From positions 2,632 through 66,631 of the forward strand of contig JAFRZY010000001.1 of NCBI GenBank assembly GCA_017442305.1: a DNA stretch of 64,000 bases. Reading direction: 5' to 3'. The notes under the pieces are model-generated. The model was not told where the DNA came from and did not search any database. It saw only the letters and a program-made list of their open reading frames with translations. The translations under genes were made by a program, and so were the position numbers. Within the stretch, counting starts at the first letter, position 1. Every line of letters begins with the position of its first letter. This DNA comes from Bacilli bacterium. GTDB taxonomy: Bacteria; Bacillota_I; Bacilli_A; RF39; UBA660. This document shows positions 45,091-52,857 of the stretch, in pieces.

Positions 45091-46089
45091 ATGAATGTTA
45101 TAGTATCAAATAAGTTTCAACCATTACTTGCTACTTTAGATATTGATTTAATAAAAAGTATTAATGGTGAATTTACACCATCAGAATTAGCAAGTCAATT
45201 TAGTAATTTTTTCTTTAATAAGATGGTTTTAGATATTACAGCAATTAAAGATTATATGGATATTACTGTAATTCAAGAATTATCAGTTTCTATCGATATG
45301 AATAAAATAGTATTATTATTAGATGATTCTGAAATTGTTAATTCGCCAACTTATTTGTCACAACTTGTATCGATGGGTATTTATAATTTTACTAGAAGTA
45401 TTGATGCTGTTAAGTTTTTAATTGATAATCCTAATTCATATAAAGATGTAGCAAGTTATCATAATTTAAATAATACATATATTCCTACAGCTAGTACTGG
45501 AGATGGTGCTGTAAATCCTGTTCAGCCTATGGGATTAAGAGTTATTGGATTTAAAAATATTACTGAACATGCAGGGGCTACAACTTTGGTATATATGTTA
45601 AAGAAAAACTTGGAAAGAATGTATCAAGTAAAGGCAGTAGAAGTTGATAAACATGATTTTACATATTTAAATGATAAATCATTAGAATGTACAACAGCTG
45701 CAGATTTACCTGCTTATATAGCAAAAAATCAAAATAAAGAAGTAATTTTAGTTGATTTAAATGAAGAAGGTTCAGAAGGTGCTTGTTCTGAGGTTATTTA
45801 TTTAATTGAACCTGGATTAATAAAATTAAATAAATTAATAAGAAGAGATCAAGCGATTTTTGATAAATTAAAAAGCAAGAAAATAGTTTTAAATCGTAGC
45901 ATATTATCTAATAAGGATGTAGCAGATTTTGAATTTGAAAGTAGAAGTAGAGTATTCTTTAATATTCCTTATTTAGATGATAAGAAAGATTATCAAAAAG
46001 TATTAGATGACTTTTTGGCAGCATTAGGATTTTCTAGATTAAAAGATTCTGGTGACAATAAGAGTAAACTATTTAACATTTTCAAGTGA
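45091..46089 (+). CDS. TadZ/CpaE-like ParA/MinD-fold protein with a degenerate P-loop
   Basis: 332 aa. N-terminal receiver-like region. RVIGFKNITEHAGATTLVYML (45538..45600) occupies the position of the KGGxGxTT deviant Walker A. Confidence 0.5.
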   Translation: MNVIVSNKFQPLLATLDIDLIKSINGEFTPSELASQFSNFFFNKMVLDITAIKDYMDITVIQELSVSIDMNKIVLLLDDSEIVNSPTYLSQLVSMGIYNFTRSIDAVKFLIDNPNSYKDVASYHNLNNTYIPTASTGDGAVNPVQPMGLRVIGFKNITEHAGATTLVYMLKKNLERMYQVKAVEVDKHDFTYLNDKSLECTTAADLPAYIAKNQNKEVILVDLNEEGSEGACSEVIYLIEPGLIKLNKLIRRDQAIFDKLKSKKIVLNRSILSNKDVADFEFESRSRVFFNIPYLDDKKDYQKVLDDFLAALGFSRLKDSGDNKSKLFNIFK

Positions 46090-46095
46090 TATAAC

Positions 46096-46124
46096 TTGAC
46101 ATTGTTTTTTTGTTTAGTTACAAT
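46096..46124 (+). promoter_or_regulatory. Consensus-like SigA promoter
   Basis: TTGACA (46096..46101), 17-nt spacer, TACAAT (46119..46124). Confidence 0.65.
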
Positions 46125-46150
46125 ATAAATATGAAAAGGAGAGGTATTTT

Positions 46151-46531
46151 ATGTTAATTATGGCAGGTGCAAATCAATTTTGTGCAGATACTTGGGAAAT
46201 TTGGCAATTTGTTGGTTATATTTTAATGATCTTTAAAATCGTAATTCCTCTATTATTATTAATCTTAGGAATGTTTGATTTAGGAAAGGCTGTAGTTGCT
46301 AGTGATGATAAGGCTATTAAGAAAGCAACTACTCAACTTGCATATCGTGCAGTTGCTGCAATCGTTATTTTCTTTGTTCCAACAATAATTGGTTTTGTAT
46401 TCTCAATTGTTAATGGATTTAATAATGATGCTGCAGTAAAAGCTAATTATACAAAATGTAAAGATTGTTTAGTTTCACCTACAAATAATACTAAATGTAA
46501 TGGTAATGCTGTAGTAATTAATGCTAACTAA
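46151..46531 (+). CDS. VirB2/TrbC/Maff2-like two-TM hairpin protein (candidate T4SS pilin-like subunit)
   Basis: 126 aa. Two hydrophobic helices separated by the polar loop DLGKAVVASDDKAIKKATTQ. Monocistronic, between a consensus promoter and a terminator. Confidence 0.5.
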   Translation: MLIMAGANQFCADTWEIWQFVGYILMIFKIVIPLLLLILGMFDLGKAVVASDDKAIKKATTQLAYRAVAAIVIFFVPTIIGFVFSIVNGFNNDAAVKANYTKCKDCLVSPTNNTKCNGNAVVINAN

Positions 46532-46563
46532 TATCATTTAGAGTTTTAAGAGTGTTATTTCTA

Positions 46564-46599
46564 AAAAGAGATGGAATTTTATTTACCATTTCTTTTTTT
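46564..46599 (+). terminator. Rho-independent terminator
   Basis: AGAGATGG (46567..46574) / CCATTTCT (46586..46593, one G-U pair) plus a T-run. Confidence 0.55.
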
Positions 46600-46642
46600 A
46601 ATGTTATAATTATTCTGTATATTATAGTGTCAGAGGTGTAAG

Positions 46643-47866
46643 ATGAAAAAAAGTTTTATATATTTATTTATAACATTATTATTATTTGTTAGTTTTTCTA
46701 GTTTGGTTAATGCTGCGCTTCCACTTCCTGGGGAAACATTTACTCCTCCTGCTGGATCGCAACAAGTTGTTTGTAATATAGGATATACCGATGGTTTACT
46801 TTATGATCAAGATTGGCATTTTATAATTACAAATATTTGTAAAGCAGAAAAACAATTAAATGAATGGAAATATGATTGCTCAAATGTTAATCTTGCTTGG
46901 TCAATAAAATACGGTGGTGTTTATATATGTCCTGCTACTGGATGTACGGATGTTTATAATGCTAATTCAGGTGGGATAGGTTTGGATTCTCTATTTTCAA
47001 ACAGTAACTTTGTAAATTTATATGCAAATGATGATAGCACAAATAAAGATTTATATACAAATTCAGAACTAAAGAATATTTTAACCTCAAAGAAATGTCC
47101 GAGTTATATTTATATAGCAACTAATCCGACAAATCAACATTTAGGTTTTATATTTTCGTCTTCGCCTGTAAATAATGCCAGTCAAATATTTAAAAATTCT
47201 GGTTATAAAGTTGAGTTTATGTCTGAAAATGCTGGAGAAGATTTATCTGCAGTTAATAAAACTAATTTTGAAAATCATCTAAAAAAAATGAAAGATAATA
47301 TCCAAAAATTTAAAGATAATGATTGGGGAAATGTTTATTCTGAAGAATGTTCAAAATTTGGTGTGTTTGGAGGTATTTTTCACATTGGAACTGGGGATTA
47401 TACAGAAAATACAACTTTAAAATATTATGAAAAATACAAAGAAGAATTACAAAAATCGGATTCGAGTTATAATTTCACGGAAGCAGATTCGTTATTTGAT
47501 GAATACAAAACAAAATATGTTTGTGCACCAAAACCTATTGATACTGGTGAAATAAATGAAATAAAATTAAATAGGGTAACTTGTGAAACTTTGTTTATGA
47601 ATGGATCTGAATATAATGATACTTGGAAGTTATTGAGCACAACTTTAAAATTTATGCAATATATGGCTGTTACACTTGCTTTAGTGCTATCAATAGTAGA
47701 TTTTATAAAAGTTGTTCCAACTAATGATAAAGATGCTATAAAAAAGTCTGCATTCAAGGCTGTAACTAGGGTAGGAATAGCTATTGTGATATTTTTTGTG
47801 CCAATAATTTTAGATTTTATTTTGGAGTTAGTTGGCTTTAGTAATCCAACTTGTGGATTAATATAA
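46643..47866 (+). CDS. Secreted ectodomain fused to a VirB2/Maff2-like C-terminal hairpin
   Basis: 407 aa. Signal peptide ...LVNA/ALP. C-terminal FMQYMAVTLALVLSIVDFIKVVPTNDKDAIKKSAFKAVTRVGIAIVIFFVPIILDF aligns to the 46151 protein. Confidence 0.5.
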   Translation: MKKSFIYLFITLLLFVSFSSLVNAALPLPGETFTPPAGSQQVVCNIGYTDGLLYDQDWHFIITNICKAEKQLNEWKYDCSNVNLAWSIKYGGVYICPATGCTDVYNANSGGIGLDSLFSNSNFVNLYANDDSTNKDLYTNSELKNILTSKKCPSYIYIATNPTNQHLGFIFSSSPVNNASQIFKNSGYKVEFMSENAGEDLSAVNKTNFENHLKKMKDNIQKFKDNDWGNVYSEECSKFGVFGGIFHIGTGDYTENTTLKYYEKYKEELQKSDSSYNFTEADSLFDEYKTKYVCAPKPIDTGEINEIKLNRVTCETLFMNGSEYNDTWKLLSTTLKFMQYMAVTLALVLSIVDFIKVVPTNDKDAIKKSAFKAVTRVGIAIVIFFVPIILDFILELVGFSNPTCGLI

Positions 47867-47890
47867 TAGAATAATAGGATGTGATATTTT

Positions 47891-50137
47891 ATGTGGAAAT
47901 CAATTGAGGTAGGTTTAGTTAGACTACTATTGTTAATTGATTCTGTTATTTATGGATTTGTAGCTGATTTGTTTGAAATATTTGTTGAGTTAGCGAATGC
48001 AAGTAGTAAAATATTTACTGAGTCTGCGATTTCTTCCTTTGCCAATAGGATTTATGTTATAGTTGGGGTGGTAGCTTTATTTATTATTTCTTATCAGCTA
48101 ATAAACGCAATTATAAATCCAGATAATTTAACAAAAGGTAATAATTCTGGTGCTAAATTAGTTATGAATTTAGTAACATCAATTGTATTAGTGGCTTTAG
48201 TTCCTACTATATTTAATTATGCTTATAAGCTGCAAGATGTAATTTTAAATGATAATATCGTAGGTAAAGTATTTTTAGGAAATTTTTCAAATCAAGAAAA
48301 TTTGATTAACACAGATACTGGTGAAGTTATTGATAATTCGTATGTTGTAAAACAATATGGCTCACAACTTTCGTGGTCTGTTTTAAATGCTTTCTTTTAC
48401 ACAACTAATGAAGATTTATATACATCATGGAGTCCTTGGGGGGAATATAAGACAATTTCTGATGGCGTTAATTTTGTTGCTTGTGGTGGTGCTATACTTT
48501 TGGTAATTGGTTCTGGGGTAGCGACTTATTTTTCTGCTGGGGCTGCATCTGGAACTATTCCTACATCGGTTGGGGTAGCTGTAGCAGCTTGTGGCGCAAC
48601 GACTGTTAATAGCTTAGTTGCAAATACCGGTCATTTAATAACTTCTGATACTATTTATTGGAAAGGAATGACTGCTGTAGCACAATTAGGAGATTTTGGA
48701 TTAATTACTGCTTTTGCGGAAGAGATACTGAATGGTAATGTAATATATATGCCAATAATTTCTACAATAGTGGGGTTGATTTTATTATACATGATTTTCA
48801 GTTATTGTTTGGATTTGGGGTTGCGTGCAGTGAAATTGGCTTTTTATCAAATGATTGCTCCTATCCCAATATTTTCTAGAATAATTCCAAATAATAAGAT
48901 ATTTAATAATTGGATAAGATTAACTTTAACAACATTCATGGAAGTTTTCATAAGAATGATAGTTTTATTTACTGTAATATTTTTATCTTCTAATATAGGA
49001 GAATTAAATATTCCGGGTGGTCTATTAGTGAAAATGATTATAATTATGGGAATCGTTACTTTTGCGAGACAGGCTCCTAAATTAATTAGTGACTTAACTG
49101 GTATTGATAGTGGAAATATGAAGCTTGGTATTATGGAAAAATTAGGTGCAGGTGGTGCTTTGGCCGCTGGTGCGCTAATAGGTGGTGGAATAACTGCCGG
49201 AGTTAAGAATTTTACTAATAGCTGGAGAAATACAAATGGAAACAGATGGCAAAAACTTGGAGCTGGTTTAAAAAGTGGATTTGCTGGTACAGTATCTGGA
49301 GGTGTTAGAAGTGCCAAAGGAGCTGGTTTTAAAGCAAAAAGTTGGGGCGATATGAAAAACGCCGCTTCTGCGGGTAGTAAAGCTGCTCATAACAAATCTA
49401 AAGATAGAGCTGCTTATAAAGCATCGCATGGCGGAACTTTAGGCGGAGTTATTAAAGGTCATGCAAGTGACGCTTGGTCAGGAGTTAAGAATTGGGCTGG
49501 TGTTACTAGTGGTGTTCTTGAAAAAGTTGATTATCAAGAGGAATATTTAGCAGGATTTGATGATTATAAGTCTCTTTATAATAATGGATCATATCAAGCT
49601 ATGGAAGCACAATTAAATCAATATGAAGCTCGTATTGCAGCTGAGGGAGGAAGTGCTGAAACTTATAGTGGTTCAGGTATTACTTTAGATAGCGCACGTA
49701 AGTCGTTAGAGGAACAAATGCGTTTGAAAAGATTGGAAGCAATTGAAAAGAATACAGATGGGGCAGCATACACTATGTATAATTTAGCAATGCAAGTTAG
49801 AAATAATCAGGCTTTAGCTGCTGCAGCTGGAGTAGATCCAAACTTTATTAAAAATGCTGATGATTTTGAATTAAGAAACGGTAAAATTTATCATAAAAAT
49901 GGTGGAACAGTTTGGACTCATGAAGAATTACAAAAATTGTTAGAAGGAAGAGTTGCAACGCATGATCCGGTAACAGGAAAGATTAATGGAGATATTAATG
50001 ACCCTACTACTAAGATGTATGGAATGTCTAAAGGTTTGGGTGAATCTAAAAAAGATGTTGCAAAAGACAAAAACCAAACAAAAAGAAGTATTGCTTATAA
50101 AGAAGCTAAGAAAGCTAAAGATAGTCAAAAATCTTAG
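47891..50137 (+). CDS. VirB6/TcpH/PrgH-like polytopic T4SS channel protein
   Basis: 748 aa. About 7-8 TM helices in the first ~430 aa, a Gly/Lys/Trp-rich segment, then a soluble C-terminal domain. Position is upstream of the VirB3- and VirB4-like genes. Confidence 0.55.
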   Translation: MWKSIEVGLVRLLLLIDSVIYGFVADLFEIFVELANASSKIFTESAISSFANRIYVIVGVVALFIISYQLINAIINPDNLTKGNNSGAKLVMNLVTSIVLVALVPTIFNYAYKLQDVILNDNIVGKVFLGNFSNQENLINTDTGEVIDNSYVVKQYGSQLSWSVLNAFFYTTNEDLYTSWSPWGEYKTISDGVNFVACGGAILLVIGSGVATYFSAGAASGTIPTSVGVAVAACGATTVNSLVANTGHLITSDTIYWKGMTAVAQLGDFGLITAFAEEILNGNVIYMPIISTIVGLILLYMIFSYCLDLGLRAVKLAFYQMIAPIPIFSRIIPNNKIFNNWIRLTLTTFMEVFIRMIVLFTVIFLSSNIGELNIPGGLLVKMIIIMGIVTFARQAPKLISDLTGIDSGNMKLGIMEKLGAGGALAAGALIGGGITAGVKNFTNSWRNTNGNRWQKLGAGLKSGFAGTVSGGVRSAKGAGFKAKSWGDMKNAASAGSKAAHNKSKDRAAYKASHGGTLGGVIKGHASDAWSGVKNWAGVTSGVLEKVDYQEEYLAGFDDYKSLYNNGSYQAMEAQLNQYEARIAAEGGSAETYSGSGITLDSARKSLEEQMRLKRLEAIEKNTDGAAYTMYNLAMQVRNNQALAAAAGVDPNFIKNADDFELRNGKIYHKNGGTVWTHEELQKLLEGRVATHDPVTGKINGDINDPTTKMYGMSKGLGESKKDVAKDKNQTKRSIAYKEAKKAKDSQKS

Positions 50138-50157
50138 TTTAGAAAGGATAAAAAGGA

Positions 50158-50460
50158 ATGAAAATGTATTTAATACCTGCCAATTCTAAGAAGTCTCAAT
50201 TGATTTTGGGCTTCTTTACCCCATTTGATTTAGTGGTATTTGGAATTGGAGCAATTATAACAATTATTTTGTTGTTGGTAATAAGAAGTTCAGATTTAAC
50301 TGTAATGATATTGATACTTTTACCGTTATTAATATCTACTTTGTTAGTTATGCCTGTTGTTTATTATCACAATGTAATGCAATTGTTAACAAATATAATT
50401 ATGTTTTTTATAAATAGACGAAGGTATTATTGGAAAGGCTGGTGTATTAATGAAGAATAG
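50158..50460 (+). CDS. VirB3/PrgI/TcpE-like small 2-TM protein
   Basis: 100 aa. Two TM helices. Immediately precedes and overlaps the VirB4 N-terminal-domain ORF. Confidence 0.5.
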   Translation: MKMYLIPANSKKSQLILGFFTPFDLVVFGIGAIITIILLLVIRSSDLTVMILILLPLLISTLLVMPVVYYHNVMQLLTNIIMFFINRRRYYWKGWCINEE

Positions 50461-51001
50461 TAAGGAAAGTTCTTTTACAGAAGATTGGTTACCTGTAAAA
50501 CAAATAATAAACGGGATGATTTTGACAGATGATGGTTATTATGTAACGGGGATTAAAGTTGCGCCTAAAAACATCTTCATTATGGATAGTGTTGCGCAAG
50601 ATGCAATTGTTAATAATTTAACAAATGTTTATAACATGTTAGATTTTGAATTTTGGTTGATGATTGCAGATAGACCTGTAGATTTAAGTGTTTATTTAGC
50701 GCAAATGCAAATGTTATATAATGATTCTAGTGATGCTTTAGAAAGAAAGCTAATTATGCAAGATATTAATAAAGCTAATATGTTTATGAGTAGTGAATAT
50801 AATGTTGTTGATACTGAATATTATATCTTGTTTAAAGAAAAGAAAATGGAATTAGTCCAAAAGAAACTACATAATTTAATTAGTGGTTTTGCAAGTTGTG
50901 GTTTAAATTCAACACAAACTTCAAATTCAGATTTAAGAATGATATTAGATAATTTCTTAAATGGTGGGGTTAGTACTACAGTTGGGACGGTGATGCCATA
51001 A
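50450..51001 (+). CDS. VirB4 N-terminal domain encoded as a separate ORF
   Basis: 183 aa. EDWLPVKQIINGMILTDDGYYVTGIKVAPKNIF resembles the N-termini of Gram-positive VirB4/TraE/Orf16-type ATPases. The stop overlaps the next ATG (TAATG at 50999..51003). Confidence 0.5.
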   Translation: MKNSKESSFTEDWLPVKQIINGMILTDDGYYVTGIKVAPKNIFIMDSVAQDAIVNNLTNVYNMLDFEFWLMIADRPVDLSVYLAQMQMLYNDSSDALERKLIMQDINKANMFMSSEYNVVDTEYYILFKEKKMELVQKKLHNLISGFASCGLNSTQTSNSDLRMILDNFLNGGVSTTVGTVMP

Positions 51002-52785
51002 TGGCCTTAAAGAGTGAAGTAGCACCTAAAGGTATGCAATTTAATGCAACAGATTTCATAATAAGTGGAAAATATTCTACAATTATGACAATTGTAACTT
51101 ATCCAAAAAATATTTATCCGGGTTATTTATCTGATTTAACAAGTTTAAGTGGTGTTAAAGTTGTTGTTAAACATATTCCTATTCCATTTAGTACTTTACA
51201 AAAAATGCTAAATAAAGAAATTGCTGATTTAAAAGCGCGTTATCAAACAGAAAAGGATTTAACATTTCAAGAAAAAATTCGTCAAGATTATGAATCCTTA
51301 GAACAGTTTATTTCAATGCTTGCTGCAACACAAGCAAGAATTTATGATTTTCAATTACATATAATGATTTCTGGGGATAATAAAGAAGAATTAGAAATGC
51401 GTAAGATGCAAGTTCGTAGCCATTTAGAAGCTATGGGTATGCGGGGAGTGTCATTAATGTTTGAACAGGAGAAAGTGTTAAAATCAATTCTACCGATTTT
51501 CCCTAAACAAGATATTGAAGATAGAATTGGTACTCCGGTTCCATCCGTTACAGTATCAGCGATGTATCCATTTGTGTTTGATAGTGTAAAAGATCCAGGT
51601 AATTCTATGTTATTTGGTGTGGATTTTTCCGGTGGAGTTGTATTATTTAATCAATTCTTATATCAATTAAAAAAAGAGCATAATAGAAATAATGCTAATA
51701 TGATTCTTTTAGGTACTTCTGGTACTGGTAAATCTACAGCAGCAAAATTATTAATTAGAAGTCATTTAAGAAATGGTTATAAAGTTGTATGTATTGACCC
51801 AGAAGGTGAACTTGGTGAAATGGTTAATAATATGGGCGGTAATTTCTTAGATTTAGGAAAAGGTGGAGAATATGGTATGATTAATCCACTTGAAGTAATT
51901 GTTGATGCTGATGAAGAGGAAATTGCTCAAGGTTTAGGTTATACAATTCTTACTCGTACGTTACAACAGTTAAAAGCATTTTTGAAATACTATTCACCTA
52001 GTATTGAGGAAGATGTACTTACAATGTTTAGTGAAGTAGTTCAAGATACTTATAAACGTTATAAAATAGATTTTGATACAGATTTTACAAAATTTACAAG
52101 TGCTGATTTTCCAACATTTGATGATGTTTATGCAACAATTAAAGGAAGATTGCTTTCAATGGTTGATGCAACTCACGAAAGAGATGTAATGGAAAGATTA
52201 GAATTAAAAATCAGACCACTAGTTAAAGAATTACGTTATTACTTTACAGGTCATACAACATTAGATATTGATAGTGATTTTATTGTGTTTAATATCAGAG
52301 AATTAATGAATAGCGATGAAAACATTAAAAATGCATTGTTCTTTAATATATTAAAATATGCATGGGGTGAATGTTTAGATAAATCTGTTAATACAGTAAT
52401 GATGGTTGATGAAGCGCATGTACTTCTATCTAGTCATAATGAATTAGGTGCGGAATTCTTAGCCCAAATTCAAAGACGTAGTAGAAAATATAATACTGGT
52501 ACAATCATAATTACTCAACAACCTACAGATTTTGCTGCTCCAAATATAATTACTCATGGTAAAGCAATATTTGATAATGCTGCTTATTATCTAGTAATGG
52601 GATTAAAAAAACAAGCTGTAGAAGACTTGTCTAAATTAATAGATTTAAATGAATCTGAAAAAGAAGGTATTAAATATTATAATCAAGGTGAAGCATTGTT
52701 TATTTGCGGAAGCCGTAGAATGAGAATAAATATAGTAGCCACTCAAGAAGAATTAGATTCTTTTGGTACAGGTGGTGGATTATAA
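51001..52785 (+). CDS. virB4: VirB4-family T4SS ATPase (C-terminal 594 aa)
   Basis: Walker A LLGTSGTGKST, Walker B VMMVDEAHVLL, downstream IIITQQP. The N-terminal part YSTIMTIVTYPKNIYPGYLSDL is typical of VirB4. Confidence 0.85.
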   Translation: MALKSEVAPKGMQFNATDFIISGKYSTIMTIVTYPKNIYPGYLSDLTSLSGVKVVVKHIPIPFSTLQKMLNKEIADLKARYQTEKDLTFQEKIRQDYESLEQFISMLAATQARIYDFQLHIMISGDNKEELEMRKMQVRSHLEAMGMRGVSLMFEQEKVLKSILPIFPKQDIEDRIGTPVPSVTVSAMYPFVFDSVKDPGNSMLFGVDFSGGVVLFNQFLYQLKKEHNRNNANMILLGTSGTGKSTAAKLLIRSHLRNGYKVVCIDPEGELGEMVNNMGGNFLDLGKGGEYGMINPLEVIVDADEEEIAQGLGYTILTRTLQQLKAFLKYYSPSIEEDVLTMFSEVVQDTYKRYKIDFDTDFTKFTSADFPTFDDVYATIKGRLLSMVDATHERDVMERLELKIRPLVKELRYYFTGHTTLDIDSDFIVFNIRELMNSDENIKNALFFNILKYAWGECLDKSVNTVMMVDEAHVLLSSHNELGAEFLAQIQRRSRKYNTGTIIITQQPTDFAAPNIITHGKAIFDNAAYYLVMGLKKQAVEDLSKLIDLNESEKEGIKYYNQGEALFICGSRRMRINIVATQEELDSFGTGGGL

Positions 52786-52786
52786 G

Positions 52787-52816
52787 GGACTTAACAATTG
52801 TTAAGCCTTTTTTTTT
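52787..52816 (+). terminator. Rho-independent terminator
   Basis: CTTAAC AATT GTTAAG palindrome plus a T9 run. Followed by an extended -10, TGATATAAT. Confidence 0.6.
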
Positions 52817-52857
52817 GTGATATAATTTTTACAGAATTATAAATAGTGGTGATAATT

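Larger units (their letters stand above)
39396..46089 (+). other. Tad/Flp-like (type IVc) pilus biogenesis module
   Basis: Contiguous genes: CpaB-like, CpaF/TadA ATPase, TadB-like, TadC-like, two pilins, two or three pseudopilin-like proteins, TadZ/CpaE-like protein. Confidence 0.7.

Noticed and set aside
48847-49317. 156-aa minus-strand ORF inside the VirB6-like gene, together with the other short antisense ORFs in the track (e.g. 1144-1459, 4508-4994, 13291-13875, 23285-23707, 24203-24505, 35067-35408, 37544-37811, 52968-53312, 57851-58105, 60855-61157, 62808-63104).
   Set aside because: All are embedded antisense in long genes with clear family motifs. They lack ribosome-binding sites and have composition typical of AT-rich or Gly-codon mirror frames.
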